A stretch of DNA of 64,000 nt from Macrostomum lignano. Lineage: Eukaryota. The position numbers were made by a program, and so were the translations under genes. A model generated the notes under the pieces. It was not told the DNA's origin. It worked only from the letters and a program-made list of their open reading frames with translations, and did no database searches. The stretch's first letter is position 1, and every line of letters starts with the position of its first letter. The stretch spans positions 434,001 through 498,000 of the forward strand of contig NIVC01000365.1 in assembly GCA_002269645.1 (NCBI GenBank), written 5' to 3'. Of the stretch, positions 11,901 through 64,000 are shown one piece after another.

Positions 11901-12431
11901 TGTTACGTACAGTCTGGCCACCACACAGCCCCCCCCCCCCGAGTATCAAGCTAGGCCCCAAATGTTGGGTGGTAGCCGAGGCAATGAGAGTGCTAAGAAG
12001 CAGATGCCAAAAGCCGGGTGCCGAAGACCATGGAGTTGCAAGTGCCAAAAGTAGCAGGGGTGCAGCCAGATCACACCTAAGGCAACTGACAGTTGCCACC
12101 ATGAGCCAAGTCAATGCTCTTGCATAGAGGCTAGGGATGTTAGTCAAGCAATAATGGTGCTAACCTAGAATTAGTTGCAACATGTGACACTGGTTGGTCC
12201 AATACAGGGGCTAAAAGGCAAGACTCCAGGAGCTACCAGGGGCAAGCTGACTGGGCCAATTTGTGTTGCGGGGTACTGCTATGGCTGCTGGGCTGCGGTG
12301 CTGCTAGGCTGTGGTACTGCTGGGCTGTGGTGCTGCTGTGCTACTGTGTTGTTGTTGTAGTGGGCCAAGGCAGTTGGCTACCAGGACTGCACAGGGCTGA
12401 CCAGGTATTTTTTATTATTACTAGAGGCAGG

Positions 12432-12780
12432 GGGCTTGTGTGCACCCTGGCGCACTTAAGCAACATAGGCACACAACCAGCAAGAGGCATTACTGCCTAT
12501 TCTGCCGACTTCCCTAAGCAAACATACAAGCGCAGATATGTACACATACACACTCTCACACAGGAGTGTACAGCGGCCCTAACTTTATATTATTGTTAGG
12601 CATGTACACTTCACTGCGCCTTGGGGGGTTGGCTCTCAAGGCCATTAATTGCACGAGTAGAGCCAAGTGGAGATTCCAATTCAGCCCCAAATTAATGTGA
12701 CTACACTTGGAATCAAGTCTGGGTTGCTGGCTGACCAGGTAGGCCCAACGTTCCGTGCTGGGAGTTGGGCTTACCAATGC
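12432..12780 (-). mobile_element. Degenerate copy of the SINE family seen at 22835-23045
   Basis: Shares GTGTACAGCGGCCCT...GGCATGTACAC...GCCTTGGGG and the upstream TGTGCACC(C/T)TGGCG with the 22.8-kb copy. Confidence 0.55.
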
Positions 12781-14828
12781 GGTGGAAGGCCTTTTTATTT
12801 CGATAGATAGAATAGCAGCAAATATTTTTGTGCTGCTTTGTGCAACCTAGCAACCCTAATATAAATTTTAGGAATAGCCTAATTAGTAATTTATTCAAAT
12901 ATTTGTTTTCATCATTTTAAAGTCTTCAATTTTTATTGACATTTTTCATGTGTATTATAAAAATATTTTTTATTCTATTTCTTTAAATCTTTCTAAGAAA
13001 ATCTAAAAAATTAAAGATTTTAATATTTGAATGACTTTTTGTTTCTTTTTTTTCTTTTTATATTTTTATTATACTTTTTTAATTAGCTTTCTCACAATTG
13101 GCACATATATATTTATTATATTGCATATATTTATATACCCATAGAGAAGGTTGTTAATGTATAATTAATTTGTTTTCACTAGTTATTTATAGATATAAGC
13201 AAATAAATAACTATATGCATTTTATATTTCTTTTTTCCACATTAGTTTATTAGTTATATTATTTGTATCATTATTGTTGCTATATTTTTTTTATTCTATT
13301 GCTTTTCTTCTCTACACTATGATGCCAAAACATCCAAAAAAATGTCTACTGAACATCCATATTGAACATCCACAGTGTGGCTATATACAGATGTTAAAAC
13401 ATCCATATTAATGGAACACCCATATTAAAACATCCATATTAATGTCCAAAAAAAGTCCAAAAAAACATCTGCAGCAAGGCTATATACAGCTAGATGTTGC
13501 AAACATTATGGACCATAACATCCACAATTTTGGATGTTTTCAGAATGAAATAAAAAACAAACTAATGCAAAACTGTTTTACTTTTAGATTTTTTACTATT
13601 TCAAAAAATGCATATTAATGACTAATTGCTGTGTGCCATCAATCAATTGAAAGCAAAATATCTTGCCTTTGTGGCAATATATTAAAAATCACAATTTAAC
13701 ATTTTCAGCAATTCATGCAAAGCAGAAATAAAAAATTTAATAAGAAAAGCTGCAGCTTCCTGACCAAAAAATAAACCAATTTAAAGTTGCAACAGAAAAT
13801 TAGCATATTTAGATAGCTGTAAAACAAGTTTTGAAATGCAAAAAATGTATTTTGATATTTGTGCACAAATAAGCCTGCATAGCAAAATTACGTATCCAAT
13901 AGAAAGTGGGACGTCTCCAATACGTAACTTTTTTGGTTGCAGGAACGTCCTTGATACGTATCCAATTTTTATGATCCTCTAAAGAAGCTCGTTTCTACAA
14001 AAATGGTGAACAGATAATGCTTGTAATTTTATTGATTATTTATTCAATAATCAATAAATAAATAATGGGTCATTATGCACCATGCAGGGGCGAGGCAATG
14101 TGGGGGAGATTTTTAGCACACATTTTGCTTCAAGAAATGTACAAAAATTGAAATCCATATACCTATTTCCCCCAGTTGACTATGCACCTCTTATATACGC
14201 ATAACACTTAGCGGAACATGTCAATAACAGTCGCTGCCATATGGCGTGAAATAGATGTCCTACGACGCAACTTTGCCAGACCCTCAACTGCTTCGAGAAA
14301 TGCTTCCAAGAGCGAAAAATACAATAAGGTCGAAGGCAATAAATGAGATGATAACACCAGCACAACTTCAGTAACATTGTCAAAAAATATGCGAGCCCCG
14401 TTGACAGAAACGCCGAGCCATTTTGTTCCTTCGCACAGGAGGTGGACAGGGAGGTCGCTGCGGAAAACTGTGCTTGGTTCCAGTTTCAGGCGTCCGAGGA
14501 GCAGTGAAAGCACCCTGGCGATTTTCTCCTCTTGAGTGTCAACGGCGTCTTGAAGGGGCTTGCAAAACTTGAAATCTTGAAATAGGAAAGATTAAACCAG
14601 TTAGTTATGTTCTAGATAGAATAATCTCAAATTTGAAAACAAATTGGCACTAGAAGCATGTATAAACCAAGCCAGCAGTCACAAGAGAAGCTGCAAGTTT
14701 TTATAATATATGTAAGTGGTTCTTAAAGTAAATAAAAAATGGCAATTCTCAATAGGTATCTGTCATATTTAAATATATGATTTAATTTGTTCGCTGCCCC
14801 CCACCTGCCTTTCTCTTCAGCCTTAGCC

Positions 14829-15230
14829 ATGCTCTGCGAGCACCCAGTGGTTCTGTACACTCCCATGGCGATTCTGGTTGGCGCCTTTATAGCCTCGGGC
14901 CTGTACTACATGCTCACCAACCAGGGCCATCGCTTCGACATTGGCGCCGTCATTGAGGGCATCTCGCCCTACCTGTGGGCCAACCTGGGCGTCGGCCTCA
15001 GCATCTCCTTGTCCGTGGTGGGCGCGGCCAGCGGCATCTACACCACCGGGGCCAGCATCCTGGGCGGCGGGGTCAAGGCGCCTCGGATTCGAACTAAAAA
15101 CCTCATCAGCATTATCTTCTGCGAGGCTGTGGCCATCTATGGCATCATCATGGCCATTGTGATCTCCCAGATGATCGAGCCGTTCAATGAGATGGCCGCC
15201 ACCGAGCAAATCCGGAGGGCCAACTATCAG
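14829..15230 (+). CDS. ATP6V0B: V-type proton ATPase 21-kDa proteolipid subunit c'' (VMA16), coding exon 1
   Basis: [10 protein letters not shown]...[58 protein letters not shown]...ANYQ; acceptor TTCAG just before the ATG, donor CAG|GTGAG at 15230/15231. Confidence 0.95.
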
Positions 15231-15256
15231 GTGAGGGGTCTGGTTAAGGGTACGGT

Positions 15257-15578
15257 CTCCTTTGATCTTGGAAGCCGCTGCGGCATCCTTTGATCTTTGA
15301 AGCCTCTGTGGCATCCTTTAATCATTGAAGCCGCTGCGGCATTCTTTGATCTTTGAAGCCGCTGCGACATCCTTTGATCTTGGAAGCCGCTGTGGCATCC
15401 TTTAATCATTGAAGCTGCTGCGGCATTCTTTGATCTTTGAAGCCGCTGCGGCATCCTTTGATCTTTGAAGCCGCTGTGGCATCCTTTAATCATTGAAGCC
15501 GCTGCGGCATCCTTTGATCTTTGAAGCCGCTGCGGCATCCTTTGATCTTTGAAGCCGCTGCGGCATCTTTTGATCTTT
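15257..15578. repeat. 28-bp intronic minisatellite (~11 copies)
   Basis: ATCCTTTGATCTTTGAAGCCGCTGCGGC and variants inside the ATP6V0B intron. Confidence 0.9.
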
Positions 15579-15761
15579 TAACGTCACCGCGTCGGCTTAT
15601 GGTATATGGTATTTGATCCTCTGGCACTGGTGTGTGGTGCATCTCTATCTCACGGTTTTTCTTTTAATTTGATGACTCAATTGCATTGAAAATGTTATTA
15701 AACTACTGTCGTTAGTAGTGCACAGACAGAACATTCATAAAAATCTATCGCGCCGCCTCAG

Positions 15762-15989
15762 GCCGGCTACGCGTTCTTCGCCGCCGGCCTCACCGTCGGT
15801 TTCTGCAACCTGTTCTGCGGCCTCTGCGTCGGCGTTGTCGGCTCCGGCGCCGCTCTGGCCGACGCCCAGAATCCCACCCTGTTTGTGAAGATCCTCATCG
15901 TAGAAATTTTTGCCAGCGCCATTGGCCTGTTTGGAGTCATTGTGGCCATCCTGCAGAGCTCCAACGCCAAGATGGGTGACAAAGTTTAG
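15762..15989 (+). CDS. ATP6V0B: V-ATPase subunit c'', coding exon 2
   Basis: CAG|GCC acceptor; [65 protein letters not shown]...DKV*; the spliced product is 209 aa. Confidence 0.95.
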   Translation, partial: AGYAFFAAGLTVGFCNLFCGLCVGVVGSGAALADAQNPTLFVKILIVEIFASAIGLFGVIVAILQSSNAKMGDKV

Positions 15990-17717
15990 AGTCCCCGAAA
16001 GAGGTCGATGCGAGGTCATGACCTCTTGAACTCTTGGAATTCCAGCCTGTGCTGGGCTTGTCTTGTTGCTTCAGTTTTGCTTGTCATTCGTTACTTTATT
16101 TGCAAAGCTACTAATAGTAGTTCGTACCTGAGTCGTGCATCTACTTAGTTAGCGCCGCAGTTTCCTCCCTACTGTGCGTTTATGATGTGTCGTTTCGTTG
16201 GAGATATGTTCCTGCATAATAATTATCAAACTGTTTATTGATTTTGTGTTAGACTTCATTTTTGCACCTTATTTTCTTTATTTGTTGCTTTTTGCAATGC
16301 CATTTCCGAGCAATAATAATTCATCTTATTTTGAATTCTCGTACTGCTAAGTCAATAAATAATAGCATCTATTTCCGCTGTCAATGTCTAGTCCTAACAG
16401 TAGTATAGAACATCGTTATTAGTTTTTTCCGTCAGGTACAAAATTTAGTATCTACATGTAGTTCAGGTTAGTGAATTTTCGAATCTCTGTTGTCCTTGCC
16501 GCTATACAAACTGATGTCCTATTCGCTCATGACTAACTAAAGTGTGTTATGCTTTTCTCTAATGCGTTATTAGTTTGTTTAAATACTTTACAAGTTAGTC
16601 AGGTTAAAGCACATTGTTGTTTTTAACATTTGACCTATTTTTTGTTGTCACTACATAAATACACCGTTAAATAATATCTGTTTTATTGTAAATTTTTGTT
16701 TAAAAATGAGCATAAATCTTCGAGTTGCGCTTTGATATTTTTATTTTGTTCGAAAAATTATTTATCTTGGTTGTTCAAACGTAGTGTGGCGGTCGGACAG
16801 ACGCACCAAACTATCCCTCGAGCGTTCGCGAGTCCACCAACTTAAATATCTAGTATAAATTACATTTATAAAAAACTGTACAAACAAGCAGGCTACAATT
16901 GCTAGCAGCAGGAGCGTGAACCGAGGAAATTCCACTGGAGAAAATACTAATGTTCATGATGCATGTGTATGTGTAAATGTTGAATAAAATATATTTTAAA
17001 AAACTGATGCAATCGATATATTCTCATTATTATTTTAATGGTTATGAGCATTGATCTTCAAAGTTCATACTTTTAATGAAAATGGTATACAGATGCAATA
17101 AATGTTAAAAATTATTTGTTTTAATTTAGGTGAGCATGAAATGAATGGCTCTTGAACACCCAGTGGCAACGATCTTATCCATAGAAAATTTACCAATTCG
17201 GTTCGATCATATCAGTATGAAAAACGTATCATCTGTCGTGCAGACGTGCGAGCCATCGGATAAGAAGCGACCGTAATGCGAATTAATAAACAGCGTTCTC
17301 TCAGATGCACGTGAGGATCAATTGACAAGCTAGAACGCACTAGAAACATTAAATTAAATAAAGTTAATATTAAATTAAACTTATTATATAAGAATAAGAA
17401 TATAGCCTACTTCTATCGTAGTCAAGTTAACAAAGAATCGACGGCAAAAGAATATATGATAAAGTGGTCCTTTATAACAAATTTTACGCGGAAAAACCTT
17501 TATTTATGTGAACCTTTACTGACAACAGCTTTTAAAGGCATTCAATGTTAAACTTTAAGTTTGTTTTTAAGCGTTTTCTAATTTTTTTACCTGAAACCAG
17601 TCACTTAGATACAAAGATTCAGATATAATTCAGATTTAACTTGTAAAAGTTAGTTTCTCCAAATCATAAAATTAATTACATTGCTGAGGGCTGGAGAAAT
17701 TTGGCACCAGACAAATT

Positions 17718-17886
17718 ATGTCACAGGATAACTTGGCAGAAAATAACGAGTTCAATGATGAACCAATTGAGAGGCTCAATTTAAGCAGCTCGTTTACTGA
17801 AAAAGCCAATAGTATTCAATCAGGGAGTAATTCAAAATCACAACGAAGTGATGGCATGGGTTCTACTGGACGGCAAAGTGATTCAG
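17718..17886 (+). CDS. Candidate first coding exon of LRGUK (Ser/Asn/acidic N-terminus)
   Basis: ATG ORF MSQDNLAENNEF...RQSDS with a phase-1 donor (TCA G|GTAC) compatible with the phase-1 start of the 18805 exon. It is AT-richer than the other exons, so the link is tentative. Confidence 0.35.
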
Positions 17887-18804
17887 GTACATTTGATCAT
17901 GGAAATTTTTCTGAAATACGTGGAAATATCGTGCTTTACTCTTTTAATATTTTTTCGAATAGGGGATATTATTATTAAGATTGTAATGTAAATGTCATTT
18001 ACTATAGAATAATGGATAGTATTAAAATCGATCTTTATTCAGACAATCAATATAAAATTAGAAAAGTTGAGCCTGGAAATGAATAACTGACATCTGAACA
18101 AAATCAGCTTAGTCAATACTCTCAGAAAGAAAATGCATGTCAAATAAAAAAATGTTTTTAGATTGATTGACACTTCAGTAGCCTGATTGTATTTTTTATT
18201 TATAAAAGTTTCTTTTTAGTTGTATTCTGTACATCTTTGTCATTTTTGTACACAAATTAGTTTTTTGCTTTATGCAGATTAGACTTCACTGTTCAAATCA
18301 GAAACATTTTTTGTAGCTCATAATGAAAATACTTAAAATAATTTCAAGTGGAATCTAAATATTTACTTGTTTAACTTGTCTAAATATTTTAATGGTTAAA
18401 GAATCATTAATATTATTGAAAAAACAACAAGTTCATATAACAAAGTTAAAAAAATAAAAGAAACTTAACTTGAAAATGCAGAAAATAACTTTCCACTAGA
18501 ATGATAAATTGTGCAATTTATAATTGTAAAAAAGAAAACTTGAAAGATACCAGCTAGATTTGCTTCTTTTTCTGATGACGATTATCAATAGAATTACGAG
18601 CCGTAAAAAAACAGGCGTTAAAATATCCATATACTAAAATGGTTTGTCGGTAGGTAGGTATGTGATAGATTTTAGAAAAAACGGGCCTCAACTGATTTTC
18701 TTTAAACTTCTAGAAACCTTCCAAGAGTTTAATTGATCAAAGGATAATCAAAACTCAAGAATACGGGAACAAAGTGAGAAAAGATTGACAAATCCACGTT
18801 TTAG

Positions 18805-18959
18805 ACGGCGTGCTCACAGAGGCGCTGATCGAGGAGTGCGAATGTCTCAGCAACCTCAACAAGACAGCGGACGGGACCAGCTATGCCTACCTAGAGCTCA
18901 CTGCCTCCAGCCTCGGCCTCTGCGACATCAGCGTGCTGGCGGACTATGAGCAGCTCCAG
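18805..18959 (+). CDS. LRGUK: LRGUK exon (start of LRR region)
   Basis: TTAG|AC GGC GTG gives DGVLTEALIEE...AYLELTASSLGLCDISVLADYEQLQ, matching the LRGUK DGVL...YLNLTLSGCNLIDVSIL pattern; GT donor. Confidence 0.85.
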
Positions 18960-19052
18960 GTGCGCTTATTGACCATTTTTGGGGACAGTCAAGTTGTTTG
19001 ACAGGTTGTGAAAGTCGCACAACCAGCTGACCTCACCTGACCCCTTCGCCAG

Positions 19053-19564
19053 GTGCTGAACCTGTCGCACAACCAGCTGACCTCGCTGTCCGCCATCTCC
19101 GGCCTCGTCAACCTGGTGCAGCTGGACGCGTCGCACAATCGCCTCCGGTCGGCCTTCGACTTTGGCGACGCTCTGGGCAACCTTCGCTCGGCGGACTTGT
19201 CGCACAATGAAATCGCCGACCTGCCGGACATGACCGCCTTTGGCCGGCTGCGCGACCTTGACCTCAGCCACAACCGCCTGTCCGAAGTGCCGGCCAGCCT
19301 GATGTCCTGCGCCAGCCTGCAGCACCTCAACCTGGGCCACAACTGCATCGCCAGGCTGTGCAACCTGGACTGCCTGCCTCTGGCAACGCTGAACCTGGAG
19401 CACAACAGCATCGAACGAATCGAGAACCTGGACTCACTGGACTGCCTCCAGAGCCTGGTGCTGTCCGCCAACCGCATCGAGTCGCTGGCCGGGCTGGAGG
19501 GCCTGCAGCTGCTGCAGATTCTCGACCTGGCCGACAACAAAGTGCTGGAGCTGCTGGAGCTCAG
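19053..19564 (+). CDS. LRGUK: LRGUK exon (SDS22-like leucine-rich repeats)
   Basis: Serial LxxLxLxxNxL repeats (VLNLSHNQLT, LDASHNRL, ADLSHNEI, LDLSHNRL, LNLGHNCI, LNLEHNSI, LVLSANRI, LDLADNKV); AG/GT boundaries. Confidence 0.92.
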
Positions 19565-19652
19565 GTCAGCCTCTCCCAGCCCCACTCAGCCGATCGAGTG
19601 AGAATTTAAGATCAAACATTATCTATTATCGTCTCGTCTCTCATCCTTTCAG

Positions 19653-19797
19653 ACACGTGAAAGACCTCCGCCTGCTCAGGCAGCTGAACCTGGCCAGAAA
19701 CCCGGTGCAAGACGTGCCCGACTACCGGCTGCTGGTGATCTTCGATCTGCCCAGGCTCACGCACCTGGATGGCCGGCGGGTCACCATCAAGGAGAAG
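19653..19797 (+). CDS. LRGUK: LRGUK exon (LRR cap)
   Basis: LRQLNLARNPVQDVPDYRLLVIFDLPRLTHLDGRRVTIKEK is an LRRcap motif; TTTCAG acceptor and GTAAG donor. Confidence 0.9.
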
Positions 19798-19886
19798 GTA
19801 AGCACCGGCAGGTGGTCCTGCGTTCGAATCCTTGTGACCGTTCCAAGCTTCGTATGTTGACCAAACTGCTTAACTATATTTTGAAG

Positions 19887-19993
19887 GTTCAAGCGGAGAA
19901 CCAGGAGAATCCGTCTATGGAGATTGTGGCCCAACGGGACCACAGGCTCAATCTGGTGTACTCTTACTTCCAGCCCCACTATGTGCTCGACAG
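19887..19993 (+). CDS. LRGUK: LRGUK linker exon
   Basis: VQAENQENPSMEIVAQRDHRLNLVYSYFQPHYVLD, in frame between the flanking exons; AG/GT boundaries. Confidence 0.85.
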
Positions 19994-20075
19994 GTGAGAA
20001 TCTTTCTATTTCTAACTTTTTTCTGCGCGTAAGCGTGTAATACTTTTCTAATTTTAGTAATGTATGCAATTTCCG

Positions 20076-20420
20076 AAGATTGACCTGGTAGATTGACCTG
20101 GTAGATTGACCTGATAGATTGACCTGGTAGATTGACCTGATAGATTGACCTGGTAGATTGACCTGGAAGATTGACCTGGTAGATTGACCTGGTAGATTGA
20201 CCTGGTAGATTGACCTGGTAGATTGACCTGATAGATTGACCTGGTAGATTGACCTGATAGATTGACCTGGTAGATTGACCTGGAAGATTGACCTGGTAGA
20301 TTGACCTGGTAGATTGACCTGGTAGATTCACCTGGTAGATTCACTTGGTAGATTCACTTGGTAGATTCACCTGGTAGATTGCTTTACCTGGCAGACTCAC
20401 CTGGTAGATTCACCTGGCAG
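20076..20420. repeat. 13-bp intronic minisatellite (GTAGATTGACCTG)n
   Basis: About 24 copies in the last LRGUK intron. Confidence 0.92.
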
Positions 20421-20505
20421 ACTTCTCTAATTGATCCCCGTGTAGACTCCCAGCTCGCCGCCCAATGCCCTCTCATACTCTTTCGCGACCCATCCCTGCC
20501 ACCAG

Positions 20506-21595
20506 CACCCTGCAGAGCGCCGAGACCCCGTACCCGATGCTGGTGCTGGTTGGTCCCAACGGCTCCATGAAGAAGGACCTCGCCCAGCGGCTGGTCAGCG
20601 ACTTTCCTGAATACTTTGGCTACGGCGTCTCGACGACAACTCGGCCGCCCTATCCGGACGAGGACCCCGAGCGTGACTACCACTTCGTCACGGCCAAGGA
20701 GTTTGAGGAGCTCCAGGTTGGTGGAAAGTTCATCCAGACGGCGCTGTTCCAGGGGCACTACTTCGGGCTGACCCTGGAAGCTGTCGAAGCGGTCGCCAGG
20801 GAGGGCCTCGCCTGCGTTGTCCACATGGAGCTGGAAGGAGTCCTGGCGCTGAAGAAAACCCACTTTGAGCCGCGCTACGTGCTGACGATGCCGCTGGACC
20901 GGCACCGGCACGGGCAGCACCTGAGAACCCGCCCGGAGCGGCCTGAGCAGGCGGTGCTGCAGAGCATGGCCAGGGCGCAGCTCTACATCCGCCACAACCA
21001 GCAGCACCCGGGCTTCTTCGACATGTTCATCAACACGGACGAGCCGAGCGAGGCCTACGTGCAGCTGAGGACGCTGGTGATGAACTACTTGGGGCTGACT
21101 GGCGAGGCGGCCAAGGAGGAGCAGCAGCAGCAGCAGCGGTCTGACGACTTCGCCAGTTCAGGCAAGACGCTGAACCGCACCTGGTCAAAAACCAGCCAGC
21201 AGAGCTCCGTGTTCAACCCGCTGCGACCGTCGGCTCCGCAGACATCCGGCAAGGGCCAGGTGGAGGAGGAGTCGCTGCACAGGCGGCGCAGCCTTGCCAG
21301 AGAGACCGTGTCCAGCGGAAAGCCGCAGGGACGCGTTACCATGGCAACGCCGGGACCGCTGGTTTCGACTCGACAGCCTGCTGGCGGCGGTGGGGCGGCG
21401 TCGAGCTCGCAGGAGTCGGCGAGGACGCAGCAGCAGGCGGCGGCGGCGGCGGGGCTTCAGCGCCTGGAGCTCGGCAGCTCCGACAGCGGCCAGGTGCGCA
21501 GCTCGAATCCCAAGGCGCCGCGCAGCCGGTCTCGCGCCGGAGCGGAGGCGCCCGCAGGCGCGACCACCTACTCGCCGGCGATGATCGAGGCTTGA
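20506..21595 (+). CDS. LRGUK: LRGUK terminal exon (guanylate-kinase-like domain plus low-complexity tail)
   Basis: STLQSAETPYPMLVLVGPNGSMKKDLAQRL...STTTRPPY...DYHFVT...GLACVVHMELEGV...FEPRY, the GK-like domain of LRGUK; TGA at 21593-21595. Confidence 0.92.
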
Positions 21596-22564
21596 AAATG
21601 AAGGCACAGAAACTGCGCGGCGGGCTTCTGTTTGCTATTTTTCGTAAAAACTGTAAAGCTCGCGCGTTCTACCAAATAGCGACTACTGCAGCAACTTTGC
21701 TCATCAGCCAAAGCAACAGTTTTATAACTGAAATATTTTCCTGTCTCACCGAAACCGTCTGCTTCTCTAACTAAACAAGAGCCGCCCTTTTGCATGCCGC
21801 GAGGCGTCAACTGTGTTCTCACATATCAGAAAGTTAAATTTGAAGTCGCACTTTTCTTCCTTTATTTATTTTCTACACCAGACGTGAAACTTGTGGCTCC
21901 TCGTGGAAGGACAAGACTGGAGTCCTTGATTGATTCCTTGACTCGAAGACATTGCGGCCGCACCACTTTGAACTAACTAGAGCAGGAAAAACTTTTATGC
22001 TGAATCAAACGGTCTATAAAATTTGCCTCCATAGCAGACGCAGCTTCCATCGAGAGACGACAGCGCGCCGATCTTGATGTCTTCAGGTAGTTTCTGGCTT
22101 TGCTTGACAATTCAAGCTGTCTCTGCGACCCATTTTTAGCTCGTTAAAGTTCTTGGTTCAGAATTCTGGTCGTTAACCACTGGGTTCCCTGTCTTCAACC
22201 CCCCTCGATAATAAACTCTCACACCTCTCGCGTCAACTAACTGCCCATCAGCTATCTCTAATAAGACTCTAGGCTCGTATCCATGGCAACGGTAAAGCAA
22301 GTGAGACAACAAGCAAGCAGCAGAGGAATATGCGAATGCTGGATGAAATCTATTTGGTTTGTGAGACAAAAAACAGACAAAAAATTCTTGTTTTGCAGAT
22401 AAAAATATTGTTTCAGCCCGTTTACCTCTGCAAACTCTATAAAAAAGTTTTTGGTTTTGAAAATTATTTTTTTGAAATCAGATTTGGACGAAATGACAAT
22501 CTAGACGATGTGGTTTCAGAGTTTCAGAGTTTCAGAGTTCTCCAGCTGGGAGACCCGGCCGCGG

Positions 22565-62371
<39,807 letters not shown>

Positions 62372-63038
62372 GAGGAAGCGCAGCTGACAGTTCGGTGCTG
62401 TTTTGGAGTTGAGTAGCAAGGCGAGATCTCGCTATGGGAATTTGCAGGTTTGAATCAAAGCTTCGATTGGCTTGCGAGAGTTGCTGAGCCAAGTCGGACT
62501 GCAGAAGCTCGGGCTGGGCGGCCCTCTGGCAGCTAAATAGCCTGGCGCGGGGGCGCGGGGGCGTCGGCGCCAGATGCCACCAGCTGCTGTCACAAGCACT
62601 TCAAAGAGAAAAAACTTTCTCGTTTCGAAAACTTTACCGATCGGATTAAATTTAGGAGCAGAATTAAAATGTGAAAACTGCTGACAGGCAAGTTTCTTGA
62701 AGAAATAACAGAGGAGCAACAACTTGAAGCAGATTACAGCAGAAAGCTTGCAACACTTTGGGAGCAAAATCTGAAGTGGGTGCTCAGCTGGACAACCAGA
62801 ATATTCTTGTCGAGTGGTCAAAGTCGAACCCGCTTGCTTCCGCAATCCGGAGCTGAAAATCCAGCATTAATCAGCTCTGCCGGGCTCGAGTGGTTTCTGG
62901 GACATTCGCTGCCATCAGAAACAATTTTGCTTCTTCAACTGTTGAAGATTAGTGTCCCTAATCCGACCTTGGGAATTGGCGTCACAGAAAAAATAAAATT
63001 TTAGTCCAGGTAAGTTTTTACCTTCATAGCTAGATCTT

Positions 63039-63740
63039 CAGTTTCCACCATCTCTCATTGGATTCTGGCAGTTTCCACCATCTCTCATTGGATTCTGGCA
63101 GTTTCCACCATCTCTAATTGGATTCTGGCAGTTTCCACCATCTCTCATTGGATTCTGGCAGTTTCCACCATCTCTCATTGGATTCTGGCAGTTTCCACCA
63201 TCTCTAATTGGACTCTGGCAGTTATCACCATCTCTAATTGGATTCTGGCAGTTTCCACCATCTCTAATTGGACTCTGGCAGTTTCCACCATCTCTCATTG
63301 GATTCTGGCAGTTTCCACCATCTCTCATTGGATTCTGGCAGTTTCCACCATCTCTAATTGGACTCTGGCAGTTTCACCATCTCTAATTGGATTCTGGCAG
63401 TTTCCACCATCTCTAATTGGACTCTGACAGTTTCCACCATCTCTCATTGGATTCTGGCAGTTTCCACCATCTCTCATTGGATTCTGGCAGTTTCCACCAT
63501 CTCTCATTGGATTCTGGCAGTTTCCACCATCTCTAATTGGACTCTGGCAGTTTCCACCATCTCTCATTGGATTCTGGCAGTTTCCATTGTCCCTCAGTAG
63601 ATTCTGGCAGGTTCCATTGTCCCTCAGTAGATTCTGGTAGTTTCCATTGTCCCTCAGTAAATTCTGGCAGGTTCCGCTGTCTTTAAACAGATTCTGGCAG
63701 TTTCCGCTATCTTCCAACAAATTTCAGCAGTTTCCGCTGC
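63039..63740. repeat. 30-bp minisatellite upstream of the giant gene
   Basis: GATTCTGGCAGTTTCCACCATCTCTCATTG, about 23 copies that decay toward the right. Confidence 0.93.
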
Positions 63741-64000
63741 ATCAAATCAAATTCCAGAAGCTTTCGTTAACTTGGCTTCTCTCCCGGCAGCAAGAAGTTT
63801 ACTCTTAAAGCCCTTTCCTATTAAACTGCCATATGCAGTTTAGGAGATTTTCATGTAAATCAGGAAAACACAAGCTGAAAAAACAATGAGATACAGTTTC
63901 TTTTGTAGAGCAGACAAAAAATGCAGTTCATAGACACAAATGTATTTTTTAATTTTCAGATACATAATGGTATTACAACTCAACCAGGCAATATTAAGTA

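Noticed and set aside
17205-17260. Minus-strand ATG GCT CGC ACG (MART...) resembling the histone H3 start
   Set aside because: It diverges after four codons and stops after 14; a chance match.
21880-22370. Small exon-like or ORF-like segments between LRGUK and the giant gene
   Set aside because: Both neighbouring genes already end in plausible stops, and there is no recognisable domain or consistent splice chain.

Overview
Eukaryotic (animal) genomic DNA with GC-rich spliced exons, AT-rich intergenic DNA and minisatellite-filled introns. The style suggests a long-read assembly of a flatworm such as Macrostomum; this is inference only. About 40 kb (62371->22565, minus strand) is one giant secreted-protein gene of 24 exons and roughly 10,400 aa. 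It has a SCO-spondin/hemolectin-type skeleton: signal peptide, EMI, EGF, TB-like, 3x VWD-C8-TIL, LDLa, F5/8-C-like, TSP1/TIL/VWC and a C-terminal cystine knot. Three different coding tandem arrays are inserted into it: nine copies of a 219-aa discoidin-like domain plus linker, about 53 copies of a 38-aa charge-patterned Pro/Thr repeat, and about 580 copies of a TT(P/T)AG pentapeptide. Many 1-bp deletions break the frame and look like assembly errors. The left part holds an intronless ORF with two tandem Rdx (SelW/MIEN1-like) domains that lack the redox motif, a foldback Tc1/mariner derivative, tRNA-derived SINEs, ATP6V0B (V-ATPase c'') and LRGUK. Exon coordinates were derived by hand from GT/AG boundaries and frame continuity; no database search was run.
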